DNA of 32,000 bases from Candidatus Saccharimonadota bacterium (GTDB lineage Bacteria; Pseudomonadota; Gammaproteobacteria; Enterobacterales; Enterobacteriaceae), in assembly GCF_000185985.2 (NCBI RefSeq), contig NC_014909.2:210001-242000 (forward strand), read 5' to 3'. The notes beneath the pieces are model-generated. The model had not been told where the DNA came from. It saw only the letters and a list, made by a program, of their open reading frames with translations, and made no database searches. Position 1 is the first letter of the stretch. Each line of letters opens with the position of its first letter. Positions 18,082 through 29,796 of the stretch are shown here, in pieces. The position numbers and the translations under genes are program-made.

Positions 18082-18735
18082 ATGAACGGGTTAATTGGTA
18101 GAAAATTGGGAATGACTAGATTATTTGGAGAGGATGGAGTTTCGATACCAGTCACTATGGTTGAAGTACTTCCTAATCATGTTATTCAAATTAAGAATCT
18201 TAAAAGAGATGGTTACTGTGCGGTTCAGGTAACTACTGGGCATAGTAAGGTGAATTGTTTAAATAAACCACAATTAGGGCATTTAAAAAAGGCAGGAGTA
18301 AAGCCAGGAAAAGGTTTATGGGAATTTAGAGTAAATTCTGATTCTACTATATCCCTTGGTGATGTTATAACTATAGAAATTTTTAAAAATGCTAAAGAAG
18401 TTGATGTTACTGGAATTTCGAAAGGCAAAGGTTTTTCGGGTACAATAAAACGATGGAATTTTCATACTCAAGATGCGAGTCATGGCAATTCTTTATCTCA
18501 TAGAGCCCCCGGGTCTATCGGCCAAAATCAAACTCCAGGAAAAGTATTTAAAGGAAAAAAAATGGCAGGTCAATTAGGAAATAGTAGAGTTACTGTGCAG
18601 AATTTAAAGATAATTAATGTTAATTTGAATGATAATGTTTTATTAATTAAAGGGGCAATTCCCGGAACAATTGGGGAACATGTGATAGTAAAAAAATCTA
18701 TTAAAGTGAAGTTTGGTAATGCGGGTGTTATATGA
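18082..18735 (+). CDS. rplC: 50S ribosomal protein L3
   Basis: [23 protein letters not shown] and [41 protein letters not shown] match L3. Confidence 0.97.
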   Translation: MNGLIGRKLGMTRLFGEDGVSIPVTMVEVLPNHVIQIKNLKRDGYCAVQVTTGHSKVNCLNKPQLGHLKKAGVKPGKGLWEFRVNSDSTISLGDVITIEIFKNAKEVDVTGISKGKGFSGTIKRWNFHTQDASHGNSLSHRAPGSIGQNQTPGKVFKGKKMAGQLGNSRVTVQNLKIINVNLNDNVLLIKGAIPGTIGEHVIVKKSIKVKFGNAGVI

Positions 18736-19373
18736 GTTTAGAATTGCAATGTTTTATCATAGGTGATCAAAACAGGCTGAATAGTTCAGTTATGTTGCCT
18801 GTGTCTGAAAAAATTTTTAAGTACCCTTTTAATATGTCATTAATACATCAAGTAGTCTCGAGTTATTTAATTAATTCTAGACAAGGCTCGAGATCTCAGA
18901 AATCTCGAGCTGAAGTATCTGGATCTAATAAGAAGCCTTGGCGTCAAAAGGGTACTGGTCGGGCTCGTTCTGGCTCATTAAAAAGTCCAATTTGGCGTTC
19001 TGGAGGAGTGACTTTTGCAGCTAAGCCTAAAAAGTATAATCAAAAAATTAATAAAAAAATGTATAAAGGAGCAATAAAAAGTATTTTGTCTAAATTAGTC
19101 AGCGAAAATAGATTATTATTAATAGAAAATTTATTTTTAGAAAAACCTAAAACCAAATTGTTTTTAGAAAAATTAAATTGTTTAATAGCTTTGAACAAAA
19201 GCATGTTATTTATTACCGATATGATAGAATCAAATGTTTTGTTGGCAACTAGAAATCTGTATAAAGTAGAAGTTCGGGATTTATATCATATGGATCCTGT
19301 AAGTTTGGTTAAATTTGACATCGTTATTTTCACCAAAAAAGTGTTGAATAAAATTGAGACTGCATTAATATGA
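18732..19373 (+). CDS. rplD: 50S ribosomal protein L4
   Basis: [43 protein letters not shown] matches L4. ATGA overlap with rplC. Confidence 0.97.
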   Translation: MSLELQCFIIGDQNRLNSSVMLPVSEKIFKYPFNMSLIHQVVSSYLINSRQGSRSQKSRAEVSGSNKKPWRQKGTGRARSGSLKSPIWRSGGVTFAAKPKKYNQKINKKMYKGAIKSILSKLVSENRLLLIENLFLEKPKTKLFLEKLNCLIALNKSMLFITDMIESNVLLATRNLYKVEVRDLYHMDPVSLVKFDIVIFTKKVLNKIETALI

Positions 19374-19672
19374 TTTATATAGAACGTTTATTAAAGGTAA
19401 TAAAAGTTCCTCATATTTCTGAAAAAGCATCTATTGTTTTAGAAAAAAACAATGTTGTTATTTTAAAAGTATCAAAGAATTCAACTAAAATGGATATTCA
19501 AGATGCTGTTTGTATGTTGTTTTCTGTAACAGTAAAAAAAATAAATATTTTAATGGTTGCTGGAAAAACTAAAGGATCGAAGGGAAATATTGGGAGACGA
19601 TGTGATTGGAAAAAAGCGTATGTAATTTTAAATAGTGGGTGTAAGATAGATTTGTTTGATAAAATTAGGTAA
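19370..19672 (+). CDS. rplW: 50S ribosomal protein L23
   Basis: ERLLKVIKVPHISEKAS...GRRCDWKKAYVIL matches L23. ATGA overlap with rplD. Confidence 0.96.
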   Translation: MIYIERLLKVIKVPHISEKASIVLEKNNVVILKVSKNSTKMDIQDAVCMLFSVTVKKINILMVAGKTKGSKGNIGRRCDWKKAYVILNSGCKIDLFDKIR

Positions 19673-19703
19673 TTAAGGTATAAAATGGGTATGTATTGTA
19701 AAT

Positions 19704-20540
19704 ATGGCGATAATCAAATGTAATCCTACTTCTCCTGGTAGAAGACATCTTATTAAATTAGTTAATACTGAATTATATAAAGGTAGGCCTTATTCTGAAT
19801 TGTTATCGAAAATAACAACGAAAAAATCAGGTGGTCGGAATAATTACGGACGAATTACTACTCGACATATTGGAGGGGGTCATAAAAGGCGTTATAGAAT
19901 TATAGATTTTAAACGAAATAAAGATAATATTAATGCTATAGTAGAGCGAATAGAGTATGATCCAAATAGATCAGCGAATATTGCTTTATTGTTATATAAA
20001 GATGGAGAACGTCGTTATATTTTAGCTCCAAAAGATTTACGCATTGGAGACGTTGTTGTTTCTGGATCAGGTATAGATATTACAATTAAATCCGGAAATT
20101 CTTTACCTATGATTAATATTCCTGTAGGGTCTATTGTTCACAATATAGAAATGAAATTAGGAAAAGGGGGGCAATTAGCTCGTTCAGCTGGAACGTATGC
20201 CCAAATTATATCTAAAGATAAGGGATATATAAATTTACGTTTACGGTCAGGTGAAATACGTAAAGTACGTTGTGAATGTAGGGCAACGATAGGAGAGGTT
20301 GGTAATTCTGAACATATGTTGCGTGCTTTAGGTAAAGCAGGAGCAAATAGATGGAGAGGCGTACGTCCTACTGTTCGAGGGACAGCTATGAATCCTATTG
20401 ATCATCCTCATGGGGGAGGAGAGGGTAAAAATTTTGGAAAACATCCAGTTTCTCCTTGGGGAATGCAGTCAAAAGGAAAAAAAACCCGTCGAAATAAGCG
20501 CACAAATAAATTTATATTGTATAATCGTCATAATAAATAA
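19704..20540 (+). CDS. rplB: 50S ribosomal protein L2
   Basis: [11 protein letters not shown]..., [19 protein letters not shown] and [19 protein letters not shown] match L2. Confidence 0.98.
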   Translation: MAIIKCNPTSPGRRHLIKLVNTELYKGRPYSELLSKITTKKSGGRNNYGRITTRHIGGGHKRRYRIIDFKRNKDNINAIVERIEYDPNRSANIALLLYKDGERRYILAPKDLRIGDVVVSGSGIDITIKSGNSLPMINIPVGSIVHNIEMKLGKGGQLARSAGTYAQIISKDKGYINLRLRSGEIRKVRCECRATIGEVGNSEHMLRALGKAGANRWRGVRPTVRGTAMNPIDHPHGGGEGKNFGKHPVSPWGMQSKGKKTRRNKRTNKFILYNRHNK

Positions 20541-20567
20541 AATTTTTATGGTTTAAAAAGGTAATGT

Positions 20568-20852
20568 ATGTCTCGTTCTCTTAAAAAAGGTCCATTTATT
20601 GATTTACATTTGTTAAAAAAAGTGGAAAAAGTAGTAAAAACTGGGGATAAAAAACCTATTAAAACTTGGTCTCGAAGGTCAACGATTTTTCCTAAAATGA
20701 TTGGTTTGACTATATTAGTCCATAATGGAAAACAACATATACCTATTTTTATTTCGGATGAAATGGTGGGCCATAAGCTTGGAGAGTTTTCTCCAACTCG
20801 AACATATAGAGGACATCATTCAATTGATAAAAGAATTAAGAAGCGTTACTAG
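20568..20852 (+). CDS. rpsS: 30S ribosomal protein S19
   Basis: [20 protein letters not shown]...[33 protein letters not shown] matches S19. Confidence 0.98.
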   Translation: MSRSLKKGPFIDLHLLKKVEKVVKTGDKKPIKTWSRRSTIFPKMIGLTILVHNGKQHIPIFISDEMVGHKLGEFSPTRTYRGHHSIDKRIKKRY

Positions 20853-20909
20853 TAATTTTATTTGTATTCAATATAGATAATGTTAATATATTAATTAAGG
20901 ATGTTTTGC

Positions 20910-21245
20910 ATGGAATCGATGGCTAAATATCGATATATTCGGTCTTCTGCTCAGAAGGTTCGTTTAGTTGTTAATATGATCAGAGGTAAGTATGTATCAC
21001 GAGCATTAGATATTTTGAATTATACTAATAAGAAATCTGCTTATGTAGTAAAAAAGACTTTAGAATCAGCTATAGCTAATGCAGAGCATAATGATGGCAT
21101 GAATATTGATAATTTAAAAATTATTAAAATTTTTGTTGATAATGGCCCAAGTATTAAGCGAATTATGCCGAGAGCTAAGGGTCGTTCAGATCGAATTTTA
21201 AAACGAACTAGTCACCTTACTGTGGTAGTATCTGAAGAAAAATAA
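20910..21245 (+). CDS. rplV: 50S ribosomal protein L22
   Basis: [20 protein letters not shown]... aligns from residue 1 of E. coli L22 ([20 protein letters not shown]). AAGGA lies 9 nt upstream of ATG 20910. The track start at 20901 abuts the SD. Confidence 0.95.
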   Translation: MESMAKYRYIRSSAQKVRLVVNMIRGKYVSRALDILNYTNKKSAYVVKKTLESAIANAEHNDGMNIDNLKIIKIFVDNGPSIKRIMPRAKGRSDRILKRTSHLTVVVSEEK

Positions 21246-21297
21246 AGTTGTATAGTGGGTGTTAAGTGTATTAAGAGAAGAGGAGTATTTGTAGCAT

Positions 21298-22005
21298 ATG
21301 GGTCAGAAAGTACATCCAAATGGAATGCGTTTAGGTATTATTAAATTTTGGTATTCTACTTGGTACGCAAATAATAAAGATTTTTCTAAAAATTTAAATA
21401 ATGATTTTGAAGTTCGTCGATTTTTAACTAAAGAATTATCTAAAGCTTTAATATCTCGTATAATTATTGAACGACCAGCTAAAAGTATGCGTGTAACTAT
21501 TTATACAGCTAGACCAGGAATTGTGATAGGAAAAAAAGGAGGAGATGTTGAAAAGTTACGTGAAAAAGTAGCGAAAATTTCTGGAGTTCCAACTCAATTA
21601 AATATTTCTGAGGTTAGAAAACCAGAATTAGATGCCAAACTATTAGCTGATAATATAGCTTCTCAATTAGAACGAAGAGTCATATTTAGGAGAGCAATAA
21701 AAAGAGCAGCGCAGAGTGCTATTCGATTAGGGGCCGAAGGTATTAAAATAGAGATTAGTGGAAGATTAAGTGGGGCTGAAATTGCACGTACTGAGTGGCA
21801 TAGAGAAGGCCGGGTGCCCCTGCATACTTTACGAGCTAATATTGATTATAGTTTGTCAGAGGCTTACACTACTTATGGAGTATTAGGAGTAAAAGTTTGG
21901 ATATTTAAGGGGGAAATTTTAGATACAAAGTTATTTGATGAGTTTAAAACATCAGCCCAATTAATTAGTAGTTTTTCCAAACACAGGAATAAAACTCGGT
22001 TGTAA
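21298..22005 (+). CDS. rpsC: 30S ribosomal protein S3
   Basis: [15 protein letters not shown]...[32 protein letters not shown]...[13 protein letters not shown] matches S3. Confidence 0.98.
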   Translation: MGQKVHPNGMRLGIIKFWYSTWYANNKDFSKNLNNDFEVRRFLTKELSKALISRIIIERPAKSMRVTIYTARPGIVIGKKGGDVEKLREKVAKISGVPTQLNISEVRKPELDAKLLADNIASQLERRVIFRRAIKRAAQSAIRLGAEGIKIEISGRLSGAEIARTEWHREGRVPLHTLRANIDYSLSEAYTTYGVLGVKVWIFKGEILDTKLFDEFKTSAQLISSFSKHRNKTRL

Positions 22006-22039
22006 GAAAGAAATAACGGAAGTAGAGGAGATATAGATT

Positions 22040-22453
22040 TTGTTGTATCCAAAACGTACAAAGTATAGAAAAATGCATAAAGGCCGAAATAGAGGGATAG
22101 TAGTAAATGATAAGATACATTTTGGAACTTTTGCTTTAAAAGCTGTTGACAGAGGTAGGTTGAAATCGTGTCAAATCGAATCAGCCCGTAGAGCTATAAC
22201 TCGTGCTGTGAAACGTCAAGGAAAAATTTGGATTCGTGTGTTTCCAGATAAACCTATTACTGAGAAGCCTTTAGAGGTTAGAATGGGTAAAGGTAAAGGC
22301 AATGTAGAATATTGGGTTGCTTTGGTGCAGCCTGGTAGGATATTATATGAAATGAGTGGGATTTCTCAGGATTTAGCTACTTATGCCTTTAAGTTGGGTG
22401 CTTCAAAATTACCAATAAAAACGATTATTATAGGATTACAACATAGTGAATAA
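22040..22453 (+). CDS. rplP: 50S ribosomal protein L16 (TTG start)
   Basis: [19 protein letters not shown]...[34 protein letters not shown] matches L16 from residue 1. GAGGAG lies 9 nt upstream of TTG 22040. Confidence 0.96.
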   Translation: MLYPKRTKYRKMHKGRNRGIVVNDKIHFGTFALKAVDRGRLKSCQIESARRAITRAVKRQGKIWIRVFPDKPITEKPLEVRMGKGKGNVEYWVALVQPGRILYEMSGISQDLATYAFKLGASKLPIKTIIIGLQHSE

Positions 22454-22646
22454 ATTTTTTAAAATTTTAAATAGCAATAATAAGACTAATCAGTCTGAAA
22501 GACTAAAATTACTTCATGCCTTGCATAAGCATTTTAATTTACATATACAATTAAAAATAGGACAATTTCGAAAATCACATTTATTGAAGCAATCTCGTCA
22601 TGATATTGCTCGTTTAAAGTTTTTTGAAAATAAAAAGTGTATTTAA
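22446..22646 (+). CDS. rpmC: 50S ribosomal protein L29 (GTG start, divergent)
   Basis: ...[30 protein letters not shown] aligns with E. coli L29 [30 protein letters not shown]. GTG 22446 is the first start codon after the in-frame TAG at 22431. Operon position is conserved. Confidence 0.88.
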   Translation: MNKFFKILNSNNKTNQSERLKLLHALHKHFNLHIQLKIGQFRKSHLLKQSRHDIARLKFFENKKCI

Positions 22647-22672
22647 CATAGTATAGAAGGAATTTATATTTT

Positions 22673-22930
22673 ATGGTTAATAAAATACGTGTATTGAGGG
22701 GATTTGTAATAAGTAATAAAATGCAGAAATCGATAGTTGTAACTGTAGATCGTTTAGTGAAGCATCCTATATATAGAAAGTTTATTAAGCGTACTACTAA
22801 ATTTTACGTTCACGATGTTAATAATGAAAGCTCAGTAGGAGATTTAGTTGAATTTCGTGAGTGTCGTCCTATTTCTAAAATGAAATCTTGGATGATGACT
22901 GCTATTATTAAAAGAGCTAATGTATCGTAA
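22673..22930 (+). CDS. rpsQ: 30S ribosomal protein S17
   Basis: [45 protein letters not shown]...ECRPISK matches S17. Confidence 0.97.
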   Translation: MVNKIRVLRGFVISNKMQKSIVVTVDRLVKHPIYRKFIKRTTKFYVHDVNNESSVGDLVEFRECRPISKMKSWMMTAIIKRANVS

Positions 22931-23058
22931 GAATATATTTACTAAGAGTTAAATTATTTTTAAGATTTTTTTTATAAATGGAAATAGGGGATTTATATAT
23001 ATTGTAGTATAATAAAATATATAATATTTTTATTTTTTATCTTGAGGTATGATTTATT

Positions 23059-23430
23059 GTGATTCAGGAACGTACTGTCTTAAATGTCGCTGATAATTCT
23101 GGGGCACGTTTTGCAATGTGTATTAAGGTATTAGGTGGGTCTAAACGTCGTTATGCTAGAATAGGTGATGTGATTAAAATTACTGTAAAAGAAGCTATTC
23201 CTAGAGCTAAAGTAAAAAAAGGAGATGTATTAAAAGCTGTAGTAGTACGTACAAAGCAAGGAGTACGGCGATCAGATGGGTCTATGATTAGGTTTGATAG
23301 TAATTCCTGTGTACTATTAAATGATGTTAATCTACAACCAGTAGGTACTCGTATTTTCGGTCCAGTTACTCGAGAATTACGTAATAAAAAATTTATGAAA
23401 ATTATTTCTTTAGCCCCTGAAGTATTATAG
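23059..23430 (+). CDS. rplN: 50S ribosomal protein L14 (GTG start)
   Basis: [33 protein letters not shown]...[26 protein letters not shown] matches L14 from residue 1. First gene of the spc operon. Confidence 0.97.
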   Translation: MIQERTVLNVADNSGARFAMCIKVLGGSKRRYARIGDVIKITVKEAIPRAKVKKGDVLKAVVVRTKQGVRRSDGSMIRFDSNSCVLLNDVNLQPVGTRIFGPVTRELRNKKFMKIISLAPEVL

Positions 23431-23473
23431 TTTTTGTTTATTAGTACTTTCTAATAAATAGAGGTAGTGTTGA

Positions 23474-23794
23474 ATGGCAGCAAAAAAAATTAGGTGTGGA
23501 GATGAAGTTATTATGTTAAATGGAAAAGATAAAGGTAAAATTGGAAAGGTTCAATGTATTTTTTCTTTGAAGAATAGAGCTATGATTTCAGGAATAAATT
23601 TGATGAAAAAACATAAGAAACCAGTACCAGATAAAAACCAACCGGGAGGAATTTTTAAAAAAGAGGCATCTGTTGATTTGTCTAATATTGCGATATTCAA
23701 TCCTGATTGTAAAAAAGCCGATAAAGTGGTGTTTAAAATAAAAGATGGAAAAAAAATAAGGGTTTTTAAATCTAGTGGCAATGTAATTAAATAA
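23474..23794 (+). CDS. rplX: 50S ribosomal protein L24
   Basis: MAAKKIRCGDEVIMLNGKDKGKIGKV...KKHKKPVPDKNQPGGIFKKEA matches L24. Confidence 0.96.
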   Translation: MAAKKIRCGDEVIMLNGKDKGKIGKVQCIFSLKNRAMISGINLMKKHKKPVPDKNQPGGIFKKEASVDLSNIAIFNPDCKKADKVVFKIKDGKKIRVFKSSGNVIK

Positions 23795-23815
23795 TTTTTT
23801 GGAAATAATTGAGTT

Positions 23816-24358
23816 ATGGCTAATAATTTTTATAGTTATTATAAAGATAATGTTGTATTTAATTTGATGGAGCAATTTAAATATAAATCTATAATGCAGG
23901 TTCCTAAAATAAGTAAAATTACTATTAATATGGGGTTAGGTCAGGTTGTTTTAAATAAGAAATTTTTGGAAAAATCAATATCAGATCTAACGATGATTTC
24001 AGGGCAAAAGCCAATTGTTACTAAAGCTAGAAAATCTATTGCCAGTTTTAAAATTAGACAGGGACAGCCAATAGGGTGTAAAGTGACTTTACGTAGAATG
24101 CGTATGTGGGAGTTTTTAGAAAGATTAATTGTTATTGCTATCCCTCGTATTAGAGATTTTAGGGGTTTATCGACTAAGTCTTTTGATGGATATGGTAACT
24201 ATAGTATGGGAATACGAGAGCAGATAATCTTTCCAGAAATAAATTATGATACTGTTGATGGTATTAGAGGAATGGATATTACTATTACTACTAGTGCTAG
24301 TTCTGATAAAGAAGCATTTGCTTTATTGACGGCTTTTCGATTTCCATTGAAAAATTAG
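23816..24358 (+). CDS. rplE: 50S ribosomal protein L5
   Basis: ITINMGLGQ..., [43 protein letters not shown] and [16 protein letters not shown] match L5. Confidence 0.97.
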   Translation: MANNFYSYYKDNVVFNLMEQFKYKSIMQVPKISKITINMGLGQVVLNKKFLEKSISDLTMISGQKPIVTKARKSIASFKIRQGQPIGCKVTLRRMRMWEFLERLIVIAIPRIRDFRGLSTKSFDGYGNYSMGIREQIIFPEINYDTVDGIRGMDITITTSASSDKEAFALLTAFRFPLKN

Positions 24359-24414
24359 AATTAATTATATGTAGTGAGATAAGATATATAAAATTAAGAG
24401 GAGTATTGAGTGCA

Positions 24415-24720
24415 ATGCCTAAGGAATCTGTAAAAGCACGAGACAAAAAACGTTTGAAATTAATTAATAAATATTATGCTAGGCGTCTTTTTTTAAAAAA
24501 AATTATTGTAAGCCATAATGCTACTAATGAAGATAAATGGAATGCTATGTTAAAATTGCAAACCTTACCTAGAGATTCTAGCCCATCTAGGTTACGTAAT
24601 CGTTGTAAGCAAACTGGACGACCTCACGCTTTTTTAAGGAAATTTGGATTAAGTAGAATAAAGGTACGTGAAGCTGCTATGAGAGGTGAAATTCCTGGTT
24701 TAAGAAAATCTAGTTGGTAA
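24415..24720 (+). CDS. rpsN: 30S ribosomal protein S14
   Basis: ...[56 protein letters not shown] matches S14. ATG 24415 gives 101 aa as in E. coli, with AAGAGGAG 11 nt upstream. The track TTG at 24406 is too close to the SD. Confidence 0.94.
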   Translation: MPKESVKARDKKRLKLINKYYARRLFLKKIIVSHNATNEDKWNAMLKLQTLPRDSSPSRLRNRCKQTGRPHAFLRKFGLSRIKVREAAMRGEIPGLRKSSW

Positions 24721-24784
24721 AATTTTATGTCCAATCTAAATAAAATGTTTATTTTTATTATTGTTGCTGGAGAGTGATATAAAG

Positions 24785-25180
24785 ATGAGTACTCAAGATC
24801 CTATTTCAGAAATGTTGACTGCTATACGTAATGCTCAAATATCTAAAAAAGATAAAGTTTGTCTTCCATCATCTAGTATTAAAGTTGCTATCATCAAGGT
24901 ATTAACAGAAGAAGGATTTATAAAACAATATTTTGTACATGATGGAATTAAACCTATATTAGAGATATGTTTAAAATATTACCAATATAATAATCCAGTT
25001 ATTGAGAGTATTAAGCGAGTAAGTCGACCTGGTTTACGAGTATATAGGAATAAGAGAAAAATACCTAAAGTTATGTCTGGAATGGGAGTAGTGATTATTT
25101 CTACTGCTAAAGGTGTGATGACTGATAAAAAAGCAAAACGGCTAAATATTGGCGGAGAAATAATTTGTTATGTATCGTGA
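24785..25180 (+). CDS. rpsH: 30S ribosomal protein S8
   Basis: [18 protein letters not shown]...[10 protein letters not shown]...GGEIICYVS aligns from residue 1 of E. coli S8 (MSMQDPIADMLTRIRN). The track start at 24761 adds 8 unaligned residues. Confidence 0.95.
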   Translation: MSTQDPISEMLTAIRNAQISKKDKVCLPSSSIKVAIIKVLTEEGFIKQYFVHDGIKPILEICLKYYQYNNPVIESIKRVSRPGLRVYRNKRKIPKVMSGMGVVIISTAKGVMTDKKAKRLNIGGEIICYVS

Positions 25181-25754
25181 TGATTGTTGTGATATACCTG
25201 CTGTTGGTCAGTTGACTACTAATTATAGTAGAACTATTCCAATTCCTGATTCGATATTTGTAAGTTTAGTAGATCATTGTCTTATTGTGAAAGGCAAACT
25301 AGGAAAGTTGCATTGTCAACTGAATAAATATATTTGTGTACGATTTGATAATTCTAATAATATCATTGTATATACAACAAAATTTAAGCATGTGAATCAT
25401 AAAGCTTTAGTTGGAACAATTAGTTCTTTAATTAACGGAATGTTCATAGGAGTTAGATTAGGATTTTTTAAAAAATTACAATTAGTAGGAATAGGATATA
25501 GGGCTGCTATTAAAAAAGGAAATGTAATTAGCTTGATAGTAGGGTTATCTCATCCTGTTAATTATATAATACCTGTAGGAGTAAATGCTCAGTGTGTAAA
25601 TCAAACGGAAATTATTTTAAATAGTGCAAACAAACAACTTATCGGACAAGTTGCAGCAGATTTGAGAGCAATTAAACCCCCTGAACCATTTAAAGGTAAG
25701 GGAATTCGTTTTTCAAATGAAATAGTGCGTCATAAGGATGCTAAAAAACGGTAA
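25170..25754 (+). CDS. rplF: 50S ribosomal protein L6 (N-terminus uncertain)
   Basis: [19 protein letters not shown] and [38 protein letters not shown] match L6. ATG 25170 gives about 18 extra N-terminal residues compared with E. coli. GGAG lies 12 nt upstream. An alternative in-frame TTG is at 25212. Confidence 0.9.
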   Translation: MYRDDCCDIPAVGQLTTNYSRTIPIPDSIFVSLVDHCLIVKGKLGKLHCQLNKYICVRFDNSNNIIVYTTKFKHVNHKALVGTISSLINGMFIGVRLGFFKKLQLVGIGYRAAIKKGNVISLIVGLSHPVNYIIPVGVNAQCVNQTEIILNSANKQLIGQVAADLRAIKPPEPFKGKGIRFSNEIVRHKDAKKR

Positions 25755-25792
25755 TTGCAAATAATATTGAAAGTATATAGTATATAAATGAT

Positions 25793-26152
25793 ATGAAAAA
25801 TAATAAAAAAATTGCTAGGGTTAGAAGAGCAATGAAAATGAGAAAAAAACTAATCGAATTAAGGGTGTTGAGATTAGCAGTGTATAAGAGTTCTAAACAT
25901 ATTTATGCTCAAATTTTTTCGACAGATAATACTGAAGTATTAGTATCTGCTTCTACTGTGGAAAAAGAAATTTCAACTAAATTAGATATGACAGGAAATA
26001 AGAAAGCTGCATCTTTAGTAGGACAAGTAATAGCTGAAAGAGCTTTAAAAAAAGGTATTATGAATGTAGCTTTTGATCGATCAGGATTTAAATATCATGG
26101 TCGAGTTCAAGTTTTGGCTGATTGTGCCCGTCAATTTGGTTTAAAATTTTAA
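25793..26152 (+). CDS. rplR: 50S ribosomal protein L18
   Basis: [13 protein letters not shown]...[10 protein letters not shown]...ASTVEKEI...[26 protein letters not shown] matches L18. Confidence 0.97.
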   Translation: MKNNKKIARVRRAMKMRKKLIELRVLRLAVYKSSKHIYAQIFSTDNTEVLVSASTVEKEISTKLDMTGNKKAASLVGQVIAERALKKGIMNVAFDRSGFKYHGRVQVLADCARQFGLKF

Positions 26153-26174
26153 AATAATGTGATGTTGGCGTATT

Positions 26175-26714
26175 ATGATTAGATACATTAATAAACAAAA
26201 TTCCAATCTCAGTGAATTTAGAGAAAAATTAATTACGGTAAATCGTGTTTCTAAAACTGTTAAAGGTGGTCGAGTATTTAGTTTTGCAGCTTTAACTGTT
26301 GTTGGGAATTCTAATGGAAAAGTGGGTTTTGGTTATGGTAAGGCTCGAGAGGTGCCTTCCGCTATTCAAAAGGCTATGGAAAAAGCTAGGCATAATTTGA
26401 TTGATGTCCCTTTTTTACGTACTGGAAGAACATTACAACATGCAATAGTAGGTGTATATACAGGAGCTCGTATTTATATGCAGCCTGCCTCTGAGGGTAC
26501 TGGAATTATAGCTGGAGGAGCTATGCGCGCTATTTTGGAGGTAGTTGGGGTGCATAATGTGTTAGCAAAAGCGTATGGATCTACTAATCCTATTAATATT
26601 GTTAGAGCTACTGTGAATGCATTGAAAACTATGAAATCTCCTGAAATGATAGCAAAGAAACGAGGGAAATCTGTTGAATATATTTGTGGTTATTGTAATG
26701 AAAATAAGAAATAA
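26175..26714 (+). CDS. rpsE: 30S ribosomal protein S5
   Basis: [51 protein letters not shown]...[39 protein letters not shown] matches S5. Confidence 0.98.
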   Translation: MIRYINKQNSNLSEFREKLITVNRVSKTVKGGRVFSFAALTVVGNSNGKVGFGYGKAREVPSAIQKAMEKARHNLIDVPFLRTGRTLQHAIVGVYTGARIYMQPASEGTGIIAGGAMRAILEVVGVHNVLAKAYGSTNPINIVRATVNALKTMKSPEMIAKKRGKSVEYICGYCNENKK

Positions 26715-26716
26715 AA

Positions 26717-26890
26717 ATGATTAAAATCACTCAGATTAAGAGTTCTATTGGATGTGTGTTGAAGCATAAAGCAACTTTGCGTGGATTAGGATTACGTCGA
26801 ATTGGGAGTACTGTGAGTAAAATGGATACTCCATCAGTTCGAGGTATGATTAATACAATTGCTTATATGGTTAAAGTAGAAGATGAATAA
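26717..26890 (+). CDS. rpmD: 50S ribosomal protein L30 (57 aa)
   Basis: Not in the ORF track. ATG at 26717, 2 nt after the rpsE stop. Translation [57 protein letters not shown] aligns with E. coli L30 ([31 protein letters not shown]...TPAIRGMINAVSFMVKVEE). Confidence 0.93.
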   Translation: MIKITQIKSSIGCVLKHKATLRGLGLRRIGSTVSKMDTPSVRGMINTIAYMVKVEDE

Positions 26891-26900
26891 ACATTTTAAA

Positions 26901-27356
26901 ATGTCGTTACAGCTTAATAATATTAGTTCATCTCAAGGATCGAGATGTTTAAAAAAACGAGTAGGTCGAGGAATAGGGTCAGGATTAGGTAAGACTGGTG
27001 GAAGAGGTCATAAGGGTCAGAAATCTCGTTCTGGATGTAAAATAGGGGTTACTTTTGAAGGAGGTCAAACTGCTTTACATAGACGATTGCCAAAATTTGG
27101 ATTTACATCCAAAAAAAAAATGATGACTAAAGCAATTACATTGTTAGATTTATCTCGTATTTCAGAGAATTTGATAGATTTAAATGTATTAAGAAAAAAT
27201 AATATTATTGGAAACAAAATTAGATTTGTTAAAATTATTATGTCTGGTAAAATCAATAGAGCTGTTGTTATACGAAATATTCGAATAAGCAAAGGAGCTA
27301 AGACTTTGATACAAGTTGCAGGTGGAAGAATTGAGAGGGAGGAGAATAGTAAGTAA
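26901..27356 (+). CDS. rplO: 50S ribosomal protein L15
   Basis: [27 protein letters not shown]...[17 protein letters not shown] matches L15. ATG 26901 ([14 protein letters not shown]) aligns with E. coli MRLNTLSPAEGS. The track start at 26883 would overlap rpmD and adds 6 unaligned residues. Confidence 0.94.
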   Translation: MSLQLNNISSSQGSRCLKKRVGRGIGSGLGKTGGRGHKGQKSRSGCKIGVTFEGGQTALHRRLPKFGFTSKKKMMTKAITLLDLSRISENLIDLNVLRKNNIIGNKIRFVKIIMSGKINRAVVIRNIRISKGAKTLIQVAGGRIEREENSK

Positions 27357-27358
27357 TT

Positions 27359-28708
27359 ATGATAATGGGAATGATTGATAAAAATCGCGCTATATTTGAT
27401 TTTCAAAGTATAAAAGGTGGATTTTATGATTTAAAACGTAGGGTGTTGTTTTTAATTGGAGCGCTTATTATTTTTAGAATTGGATCATTTATTCCAATTC
27501 CTGGAGTGGATTTGATTGTTTTATCACAGATCTTACAAGAACAACAAGGCACTATTATAGAAATGTTAAATATGTTTTCTGGAGGATCTTTAAGTCGGGC
27601 ATCTATTTTTAGTTTGGGAATTATGCCATATATTTCGGCATCAATTATTATACAATTGTTGACAGCAGTACATCCAGTTTTAATGGAAATTAAAAAAGAA
27701 GGTGAAAGTGGAAGACGAGTAATTAACCAATATATTAGATATGGAACATTAATATTAAGTACATTTCAGGCTGTAGGTATAGTAATTGGACTTCCAAATA
27801 TTTCAGGGTTGGTTTTAAATCCGGGGTTCACTTTTTATTTTATAGCAGTTATTAGTCTTGTATCTGGAACTATTTTTTTAATGTGGTTAGGAGATCAAAT
27901 TACAAATAGAGGTGTAGGTAATGGAATATCTATTATTATTTTTTCGGGTATTGTGGCTGGGTTACCTTCCGCTATAGGACACACTATAGAACAAGTTAGG
28001 CAGAATGAATTGCATTTTTTTATATTAATATTAATAATGTGTTTAATATTTAGTATTACATTTTTTGTGGTATTTATGGAAAAAGGACAGCGTAGAATTT
28101 TAGTGCATTATGCTAAACCTAAAAGACAACAAGGTCGTAGAATTTATGCAGCTCAAAATAGTACGCATTTACCTTTTAAGGTAAATATGGCTGGAGTAAT
28201 TCCTGCAATTTTTGCGTCTAGTGTGATTTTATTTCCTAGTACTATTGTTTCTTGGTTTTGTAGTGGGTCAAGTAATTGCTATTGGTTAACTATGATGTCT
28301 ATGTATTTACAACCTGGACAATTATTATATATTTTAATATATTCATCAGCCATAATATTTTTTTGTTTTTTTTATACATCTTTGGTGTTTAATCCACGTG
28401 AAACTGCTGATAATTTAAAAAAGTCAGGAGCTTTTGTTCCAGGAATAAGACCTGGGGAACAAACTTCAAAATATATTGATAAAATTATAGTACGTTTAAC
28501 TTGTATTGGAGCAGTATACGTTACCTTCATTTGTTTAGTTCCAGAATTTATGAGAATTGCTATAAAAGTTCCATTTTACTTCGGGGGTACTTCTTTATTG
28601 ATAGTAGTTGTAGTTATTATGGATTTTATGGCTCAAATACAAACGTTATTAATGTCTAGTCAGTATGAATCTGTATTAAAAAAAGCTAATTTAAAATATT
28701 ATAGTTAG
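27359..28708 (+). CDS. secY: Protein translocase subunit SecY
   Basis: [63 protein letters not shown] and [24 protein letters not shown] are co-linear with E. coli SecY. The start could also be the in-frame ATG at 27365 or 27371. Confidence 0.97.
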   Translation: MIMGMIDKNRAIFDFQSIKGGFYDLKRRVLFLIGALIIFRIGSFIPIPGVDLIVLSQILQEQQGTIIEMLNMFSGGSLSRASIFSLGIMPYISASIIIQLLTAVHPVLMEIKKEGESGRRVINQYIRYGTLILSTFQAVGIVIGLPNISGLVLNPGFTFYFIAVISLVSGTIFLMWLGDQITNRGVGNGISIIIFSGIVAGLPSAIGHTIEQVRQNELHFFILILIMCLIFSITFFVVFMEKGQRRILVHYAKPKRQQGRRIYAAQNSTHLPFKVNMAGVIPAIFASSVILFPSTIVSWFCSGSSNCYWLTMMSMYLQPGQLLYILIYSSAIIFFCFFYTSLVFNPRETADNLKKSGAFVPGIRPGEQTSKYIDKIIVRLTCIGAVYVTFICLVPEFMRIAIKVPFYFGGTSLLIVVVVIMDFMAQIQTLLMSSQYESVLKKANLKYYS

Positions 28709-28776
28709 TTAATTTTTATTATTATATGTGTTAACATATTGAATGGTTTATTTTTATACCAAGATGGTAATAATGA

Positions 28777-28893
28777 ATGAAAGTTAGGGCTTCAGTAAGA
28801 AAATTGTGTAGGCACTGTGTTGTTGTAAAGAGACGTAATGTGGTTAGAGTAATCTGTCGTGTTATTCCTAAACATAAGCAACGACAAGGGTAA
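28777..28893 (+). CDS. rpmJ: 50S ribosomal protein L36 (38 aa)
   Basis: Not in the ORF track. Translation [38 protein letters not shown] aligns with E. coli [38 protein letters not shown]. The zinc ligands C11, C14, C27 and H33 are retained. Confidence 0.94.
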   Translation: MKVRASVRKLCRHCVVVKRRNVVRVICRVIPKHKQRQG

Positions 28894-28948
28894 ATAAATT
28901 GTATTATAAAAATAATACAAGAATTTTTTTTATTGATTGGAGTAAGTA

Positions 28949-29308
28949 GTGGTACGTATAGTTGGGGTTAATGTTCCTGATCGTAAACATGCTGTGATTG
29001 CTTTAATGTCTATATATGGCATAGGTAAGTCTCTTGCTAAGGAAATTTGTTTAAACGTCGGTATAGATTTACATGTAAGGATTAATCAATTATCGGAAGA
29101 GAATATTGATAAATTGCGTGATGAAATTTCTAAATACGTTATAGAGGGGGATTTACGACGTGAAATTAATTTAAATATTAAAAGGTTAATTGATCTAGGT
29201 ACTTATAGAGGATTACGTCATCGTAGAAGTTTACCAGTAAGGGGGCAAAGGACTAGAACGAACGCTAGAACTCGTAAGGGACCTAAGAAATTTACGAACA
29301 AACAGTAA
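28949..29308 (+). CDS. rpsM: 30S ribosomal protein S13 (GTG start)
   Basis: [27 protein letters not shown]...[27 protein letters not shown] matches S13 from residue 1. GGAG lies 6 nt upstream of GTG 28949. Confidence 0.97.
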   Translation: MVRIVGVNVPDRKHAVIALMSIYGIGKSLAKEICLNVGIDLHVRINQLSEENIDKLRDEISKYVIEGDLRREINLNIKRLIDLGTYRGLRHRRSLPVRGQRTRTNARTRKGPKKFTNKQ

Positions 29309-29360
29309 CGTTTATTTAAAGTTAATAAATACACAATAAAATGGTAGAAAATTTTAAAAA

Positions 29361-29753
29361 ATGATTAAATCATCTTCTCTTAGATCGCGTAAACGAGTAA
29401 AAAAACAAATTACAGATGGTATTGCGCATATACATGCATCTTTTAACAATACTATTGTAACTATTAGTGATCGTCAAGGTAATACTTTAGGATGGGCTAC
29501 TTCTGGTGGATCTGGTTTTAGAGGATCTAGAAAATCTACCCCGTTTGCCGCTCAAATAGCAGCAGAAAGATGTGCTGACATAGTACAAGAATATGGTGTA
29601 AAAAATTTGGAGGTTATGGTCAAGGGGCCTGGTCCAGGCAGGGAATCTGCAGTTCGTGCATTGAATGCATCAGGCTTTAATATAATAAGTATTACTGATG
29701 TTACTCCTATTCCTCATAATGGTTGTAGGCCTTCTAAAAAACGTCGAGTTTAA
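29361..29753 (+). CDS. rpsK: 30S ribosomal protein S11
   Basis: [46 protein letters not shown]...[20 protein letters not shown] matches S11. Confidence 0.98.
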   Translation: MIKSSSLRSRKRVKKQITDGIAHIHASFNNTIVTISDRQGNTLGWATSGGSGFRGSRKSTPFAAQIAAERCADIVQEYGVKNLEVMVKGPGPGRESAVRALNASGFNIISITDVTPIPHNGCRPSKKRRV

Positions 29754-29796
29754 ATAAATTGATAAGTATGTTTCTATTATTAAAGAAGGATAATAT

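Noticed and set aside
23551-23875. Two overlapping minus-strand ORFs (76 and 95 aa) opposite rplX/rplE
   Set aside because: They are antisense to highly conserved ribosomal protein genes, and their composition is typical of a shadow frame. The ORFs at 27065-27406 (opposite rplO/secY) and 31562-31759 (opposite rplQ) are rejected for the same reason.
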